This document shows positions 56,275 through 64,000 of a DNA stretch of 64,000 bases, piece after piece. The position numbers were made by a program, and so were the translations under genes. Position 1 is the first letter of the stretch. Every line of letters begins with the position of its first letter. Below the pieces are notes generated by a model. The model was given only the letters and a program-made list of their open reading frames with translations. It had not been told where the DNA came from and made no database searches. Source of the DNA: Octopus vulgaris (taxonomy: Eukaryota); assembly GCA_951406725.2 (NCBI GenBank), contig OX597825.1:18414001-18478000 (forward strand). Reading direction: 5' to 3'.

Positions 56275-59200
56275 ATGTGAGAGGCCTCGGGTCACCTTGG
56301 AAACAGGGTCACCTGTTAAACGACCTGAGGTTTCATGATGTGGATGTAGCAGCCATCAGTGAAACCAGGCTCTCCGACCCGCAGGAACTCGCAGCCCTTT
56401 TCGGCGGATACGAGATATTTCTATCTCCGTGTCGGCCAGGAGCGGGCGGTGGTGGTACTGCGGTGTTGTTTCGGAAGGGCCTGGACCTGAAAATAAGGAC
56501 AGTCTTCTTGGATCCGGAAGGTAAGTTGGTGGTCCTCGACGTCGACGGTAGTGACGGCGGTGCTTTCAGACTGCTGGCTGCCTACGCTCCGACAGGAGCA
56601 GGGCAGTCGGATTATTTCAAACGTCTGGAAGTTTTCCTGGGAACGTCACGCACTCTAGTGCTAGTTGGGGATTGGAACGCTGTCTTAGACGAACGTTTCG
56701 ATCGGGTGGGAAGGGGAGCGTCTGATAGGAGAGGGGAGGGTGCAAGAGCCTCGCCAACCTACTCGGCCGCTTTCAGCTGTCCGACAGGTTTCGACTAGAC
56801 AACCCGAATGTGCCAATGTGGACTTGGACAAACCGCATCGGGTCGTCTAGATCGTACTTAGATAGAGTGTTTTGTAGGCCAGCGGATAAGGACAGCGTAG
56901 GGTGTCCACAATTCCACCTAGTCGAATATACGGACCACAAATTAGTGATCTGTACGGTCGACTTAGATAGGCTACATAGACAGGGACCCGGCTACTGGAA
57001 GCTGAACGCGTCGTTAACGGCGTGCAAAGCTTACAGAGACCGGATTAGTTTACTAGTTAAGCGGGCGCTCACGGGGGCAATCATCAACAACAACTGGTGG
57101 TTTGCCCTCAAGAGAGCAATTAGAGTAGAGTCGATTAGGTATAGTAAGACTCTAGCTATTGAACGTAGGAAGAGAGAGCGGGATTTAGTTAAGAAACTAG
57201 ACGAGGCTCTTGACACTGGCATCGCGACCGACGTGTTGGCGGCAAGGTTGGCCCTCGACCAACACTTCGACGCCAAACACGAGGGCTGCGTTGTCAGAGC
57301 TAAGGCACGCTCGCTAAGCGGGGAGGGGACTAGAGCCGCTCGATGGGCCCGCGTGGCGGAGGCGAAGCGAGGCAACAGAGCAACCATTCGGTCTTTGGTG
57401 GACCAGAACGGGCGCGAGGTTACCCAACCGAAGCAGATGTGTACGGTGCTTCAGCGGCACTTTGCTCAACTGTTTGGGACGAGTGGTGGAACGGACACCA
57501 ACGGTACAGACTTCGGTGTGTACCTGGACGGACTGCCGCAACTCTCGGACAGCGAGGCAGAGTGCTGCGAAGGACCGATATCTGCCTGGGAAGTACAGGA
57601 AGCGATGAAGAGTTGCACGAGAGGTAGATCCCCGGGTTTGGATGGTCTGCCCTACGAGCTTTACTTTTCAATGCCAGACTTGTTTGCGGACCTGTTGGCA
57701 AACGTCTACTGCAACTGGCAGCAAAACGGGAGAATTCCTGCTTTTGTCTGTCGAGGGGTGGTGGCTTTGCTAAAGAAGGACCCAAACAAGGTGGACGTTA
57801 TAGGGAATTTCCGGCCCATCACTCTGCTCAATGCAGAGTTGAAGATTTTGGCCAAGGTGCTAGCCAAGAGATTGGCGCTTGTCGTGGACAAGCTGGTCGG
57901 CAAGACGCAGACATGCGCCGTGCCGACCAGGTCGATACACGACAACCTCCATCTCATGCGCTACATCATAGAGAGGGTGGGTAACGACGCTGGCGCGGGT
58001 GGGGCTTTGATCAACTTGGATCAGAGTAAAGCCTTCGATAGGGTCGACCATCGGTACCTGGCAGCTGTCCTCAGGGCAGCCGGCTTCGGTCCAGTCTTCC
58101 GCGGGTGGATCGCTGCTTTATACAGCAACATCTGCTCGGTGATACGGGTGAACGGTCACCTTTCGGAACCGTTCGACATCTCGCGTTCGGTCCGCCAAGG
58201 ATGCCCTCTCTCCTCCCTCTTGTACATTTTGACTCTCGAGCCATTACTGCGCAAGTTGGAGGCTTTGAGGGGTATCCCGCGCGATCTAGGAGGCGGAAAC
58301 AGCGTGTCTGCCTATGCCGACGACGTCACCGTGGTGGTGTCGAGCCACAGGCACATTGGCCTGATTGGCGAGACGCTAAACCAGTACGAAGCGGTGACAG
58401 GAGCAAAGATTAACGCGGAAAAGTCTGTGGGCTTGCAACTGGGCACCTGGAGAGGCAAGCCCATGCCGTCCAACAGCGTCGTAGGGCGCTGGACAGACGG
58501 ACCCGTTAAACTGCTCGGGGTCTGGTTCGGTCCAGACCTCCAGGTGGATAAGAACTGGGAAGAGGTGACGAGCAGGGTGGCACGTCTCACCCAGAAATGG
58601 GCCGAGAGGAAGCTGTCCCTGAAAGGTCGAGCGGAGGTGGCGAATGCGTACATCGCATCCGTCATCTATTACCGCTTGACCGTCGTCCCTTGTCCCGACC
58701 GCTGGTTGGCCAAGCTGGTACGTCTGCTCTTCGACTTTTTGTGGAAGGGTCAGGTGCCACTGGTCAGGCGATCCATCTGCTGTCAACGACCGCTGAACGG
58801 AGGCCTTGGAATGCCGTGGTTGCTGTTGCGCAGACATGTGCTCAGGCTGCGGCATCTCAAGCGCTTCCTAGACGGTGAACAGGTGTGGTCGTCTTTTGTC
58901 AGACGCGATTTTCCGCAGCTCGTCTCTTTGACGGAGCTGCAGACCTGGATCAAACGTAGACCGAGAAAGGGCGCTTGGCACCTCGAGTGCCGTCAAGCCC
59001 TCTCCGCCCTCCACCAGGCGGGCAATGCGGTCGGTTACAGCTCCACTCTAGCGTTCTATAGAGGGTTAGTGGAGGAAAAATGCGACGACGTTCTCGGGGA
59101 AACTCTAGGCGTTGAAGACGACGAACTGAGCGGTCTGTTCGGGAGGACTTTCGGGCCGGGGCCGATGGATAATTTCCAGAGGTCTCTCGCTTGGCAGTGC

Positions 59201-59680
59201 TACCGAGGGGCTCTACCTGTTCGGGATAAACTCTACCGGCACGGAAGTGCCGTCAGCCGGGCCTGCCCGAGGTGTTGCCAGGACGACGAAACCGTTCTGC
59301 ATGCACTCGTCCAGTGCCCGAGTATTGCTGAAATATGGGTTTATGTCGAACAGCTACTGTCACGTGTAGGACGGATCCGACTATCGGCCGAATCCATAGT
59401 GAAGATTGCCCCGCCGACCTCCTTTAACAAGGAGGGCGAGGCCGTTTTCTTGTGCCTAGTGGCTGTGGCGAAAGAGGTGGTGTGGTGGACTCGTTTGAAA
59501 GGGCTAAAGACAGACACTTTCCTCTTTGGTCAAGGCCTCGTCAACTTTTTCAAGTTTCACTTGAAAAGGAAGATGAGGTTAGAGAGGAAAGTGCTGTCCG
59601 ATAGCAAGTTTTATGAAAGGTGGGTGAATTGTGCGAGACTGGCCTGTATAAATGGACCAGTTCTCAGGTTTCGCCTGTGA
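56247..59680 (+). CDS. Tx1 ORF2 (APE endonuclease, reverse transcriptase, CCHC zinc finger), one -1 frameshift near 56735
   Basis: CLNVRGL, ISET, VGDWN, YLDRVF, TDH, YWKLN; SPGLDG, FRPITLLN, DQSKAFDRV, RQGCPLS, AYADD; CPRC...ETVLHALVQC. Confidence 0.95.
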
Positions 59681-59961
59681 TTTCAAAGAAAAAGGTAATG
59701 TAAAAGGAGAAGAAAGGGGACTCTCTACACCCCCTTTTTTTGACCAGGCTCCCGTTGGCTTTTGTAGGGTTTTTTCCACCAGGAACCTTTCGAGACGTCT
59801 CCCCCTTTTGGGAGTTTTTCATTGTTGAATTTTATAAGTTGTTATAAAGATTTTTACTCGATGTTTTTAAAAAACGGCAAAACCCTTTGTAACCTTTCGT
59901 CCTGTCTTGTCCCTTTATGTAATCATGCGTGTCAGCCCTTGTGGCCAATAAAAAAGAATTG

Positions 59962-60000
<39 letters not shown>

Positions 60001-60365
60001 TAATCTATCATTTCTAATCAGTGTGTATTTCAAGTTACTTAGTGTGCCTTGACAAACGTGCAAGAAATGTTCTTGCGTTTCTAACCGTGTGTGAGAAGGC
60101 GTACATATATTAAATATAATTATCTACATCATTGCTGTAAACACACAGACACACACACAGACACATGCTAAAATAAAATAAAATAAATATTGCTTCGTAT
60201 AAATTGCATAACATATTGTCAGCTGTTTCCTGTAGATTCATTAAAACTTGATGAAATCCAATTGAGGTGAAGTCGCAAAATTATTAATTTTCTTAATGGT
60301 CGCATTGTATTTTATTTAATATTTATAATATGCGTAGGAGAGGCATAACACCTGTGATTTAAATA

Positions 60366-60406
<41 letters not shown>

Positions 60407-60769
60407 CATATATATATATAACGTGTATATAATATTTCGTTAATTATCATTAGTATTCCGACTTCTTACAATCTTCAACGTCAACATTCGACAGCCATTA
60501 ATACGATCATCGTTATTATTATTATCATCATCATCATCATCATCATCATAATCATTAGCACCTTATTGTTATTGTAATCTTAATTGCACATGGTTTAAGT
60601 GCTGACTTGTTCTCAATTACTTTCAGTTTAAAAGTGTTGTAGAAGTGCATATAAAACGAAAAAAAAGTAAAAATTTTAAACGTCTAAACGTTATGCGAAA
60701 TTTAGATGACAAAACGTGAGAAGAAATCTCTTCAGGAAAGAAAATGCATTGTATATATGTATATATATA

Positions 60770-60793
60770 TGTGTGTGTGTATACCCAAATAGT

Positions 60794-60846
<53 letters not shown>

Positions 60847-61063
60847 GTGCATATATATACATATACACACACATGAATATATACATAACACAAATATATT
60901 TATGTATATAAATATTTTTGTGTATATATAGTTCTGTTTATAAATATGCACACTATATAGATAGATTTACACACATATATATGTAAGTATGTATATGTAT
61001 ATATCTATATATATATATATGAATACATGTACGTGTGTATACATACATATATTTGAATGTATG

Positions 61064-61113
<50 letters not shown>

Positions 61114-61332
61114 TAGATAGATAGATAGCAATATATGTATATACACACATATAAATATATATGTATATATACGTTTGTATACATGTTTGTATATTTGTGT
61201 ATATGATGTATGTATATTTGTGTATATGATGTATGTATATATATATGTATAAAATGAACATATATGCATACGATTGTGTGTATTTAGGCGTATACACACA
61301 TACACGCACACAAACACACTGACACACACTCT

Positions 61333-61378
<46 letters not shown>

Positions 61379-61380
61379 TA
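60770..61380. repeat. (TA)n/(CA)n microsatellite field
   Basis: Seen directly. Confidence 0.97.
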
Positions 61381-62348
61381 CGCATACTAATATAAACAAT
61401 GAAAATAAAGGTTAATGGAAATATAGAACAGAGTAAACAAAAAACAAGAGAAAAATACAAAAAAATGTTAAAAAAAAGAAACATAAAAACAATAAGCTGA
61501 GATGGATGATTATGTAAAAAGGAAAAGGTAAGAAAACAAGAGAATGACCAAAATTAGGCGAGAGATAATTAAGTGGGGAAAGCCAGAAGGAGACGAAACA
61601 GATATAAAAAAATAAGAAAGGAAAAAATATAACAGGGGAGATGAATGGCTTTTGAGGAAAATATAAATAAATAAATAATTATTGGGAGAGTAAAGAGAAT
61701 TGTGGAATTTCAGGATGAAATAGGAAAATATAGAAGAAAGTGTGGTTGATGGTATATTTATTGTAAATAAAGATGGGAGAAGAAATGGAGGAAAAAAATC
61801 ATAGAAACAAACAAAGAATGGCATGTAAATGAATTAAATATTGCATTAGTGTGAGATGTGGACTTTGCGGTTTGTCGAAAATATATTAAGGAAATCCTGC
61901 AAAACAGTTCCACTTTTATGTGGTAAAAAATACGTGTTGTGAAATAATCTCGTTCGTTTAACGATTCAGTGTTTCATTTCTAAATATATATATATATATT
62001 TATATATTTCTGGAGAATTTAATGAACGGTGAGGTAACATTGCTAATGATGAGAGTTATAAGGGAAACTGGTTAGATAAACTGGTTGCTTCTGGTTGATT
62101 AAAGTAAATAGGTATCGCTCTGTAGTGAGAAGATTCTTTCCCAACCACATGGTGGCGTGTTCAGTCCCACTACATTGCACCGTGGGCAAATGTCTTCTAC
62201 TTTCACCTTGGGTCAATCATTGTTTCGTGAGCGGATTTGGTAAGTGAAAACCCTACGGAAACCCACCATATATATATATGTGTATGTATGTATGTATGTA
62301 ACAAGTATAGTGTTATTTGACGCTCAGGAAAGGAAAGAAAGAAGGAGG

Positions 62349-62383
62349 ATTTAATGTTTCGAGCGGAGCTCTTCGTCAGAAAC
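62349..62383 (-). ncRNA. Minimal hammerhead ribozyme motif in an orphan PLE-type repeat
   Basis: Minus strand GTTT-CTGACGA-A-GAGC(TCC)GCTC-GAAAC-ATT-AAAT: canonical core, 4-bp stem II, short stem I. Confidence 0.75.
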
Positions 62384-63139
62384 AAAAAAAAAGGAAAGGT
62401 CCAAGGAAGGGAAGACGGAGAAAGAAAATGCCAACGATACACACGCGGTCACACACACACATATATATATATATAAATGCGTTTGGGACTGTCCATACCA
62501 TTGCCTGTTAACCGGTATTGGTTTGCTTACGTCCTCGTAATTTGTTGGTTTGGCAAAAAGGGGACCGAGAGAATAAATACCAGATTAAATGTATAAGTAC
62601 TGGGTTTGATTTATTCAACTAAACCCTTCAAAGCCGTCCAATACGTAATCCTATTAATAGATAACATATGACGAAATAAGACGACGAGCTGGAGTACCCT
62701 TTAGCACGCCGGACGAAATTAGGGCTAAACATCATCGCTAACAACAACACGATAATTATAACCACTGAAGAAATATTTACTTAGTCGTTCGACCTGCTAG
62801 AAATCTCAGCGAAATATTTCTCCAGTTGCATCTGATTTTCTTTAACAAAAAGGACACATTTAATATATTTAAAAAGGAGAGGTATGTCTCGGCTGAATTG
62901 CTTTTGATCATTGGTTTTGCTCGACCTGGGCTGATGATGGACTAGTCAAGTGCACCAAGTGAGTAATTAACAGCAGATTCAGTACAGTGTTGAATAACGT
63001 GACTTAATGAAGACCGTACCGCTGTTTTTGGTGATTATTTCCCAGTACTTGCCAAATCAATCAGCACGTGTACATTTCAAAGAAATGGTCAATATATTCA
63101 TACTTGTAGTATTGATTTTCTATAGATCGGACACTACTT

Positions 63140-63718
<579 letters not shown>

Positions 63719-64000
63719 GGTTGTGGTGTAAGTAATTTCAACTTTCCTCCTGTATTTATCGATAGCAATCATAATCCAATATGAACATTTACAAAACAAA
63801 CTTAGCTTCGCCATTAATGATCAATAGTTATATCGTACTTTATACGCAATATTCAACTGAATTCAAATTGATTCATATGATCTCGTCTTTAAATTTGATA
63901 AGATATTTCTTGCTCAATACTTTACAAGATGTATATCTTGTTATATTTAATTTTTTCATGATATAATATTTTTTTTTCTTATCGTCCATGATAGGTAAGG

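Larger units (their letters stand above)
54929..59961 (+). mobile_element. Near full-length Tx1/L1-clade non-LTR retrotransposon
   Basis: 5' UTR, ORF1, ORF2, and 3' UTR with AATAAA at ~59947. GC-rich compared with its flanks; (TTA)n on both sides. Confidence 0.96.

Noticed and set aside
57031-58878. Antisense and alternate-frame ORFs inside ORF2
   Set aside because: Expected shadow ORFs of GC-rich coding sequence, with no motifs.

Overview
AT-rich, repeat-saturated eukaryotic DNA. The tRNA-derived SINE families and dense (TA)n/(CA)n/triplet microsatellites look like an octopus or other cephalopod genome (inference). I can support no host protein-coding gene, and most ORFs in the track are microsatellite artefacts. 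The one near-intact coding unit is a ~5 kb Tx1/L1-clade non-LTR retrotransposon (54929-59961, +). It has a zinc-knuckle ORF1 and an APE-RT-CCHC ORF2, each broken by one -1 frameshift. It sits in a (TTA)n tract that also holds 3' ends of two R4/Dong-like elements, and its 3' tail matches the tail of the commonest SINE in the window. Also present: Penelope-like relics with hammerhead-ribozyme motifs (one preceded by a tRNA-like Pol III cassette), CR1, CRE, HERO and mariner relics, four MITEs with TIRs and TSDs, an ~860 bp local duplication and a ~212 bp SINE-derived tandem array. An unexplained AT-rich tract (52410-53485) reads as protein only if stop codons are reassigned. All coordinates and counts were done by hand.
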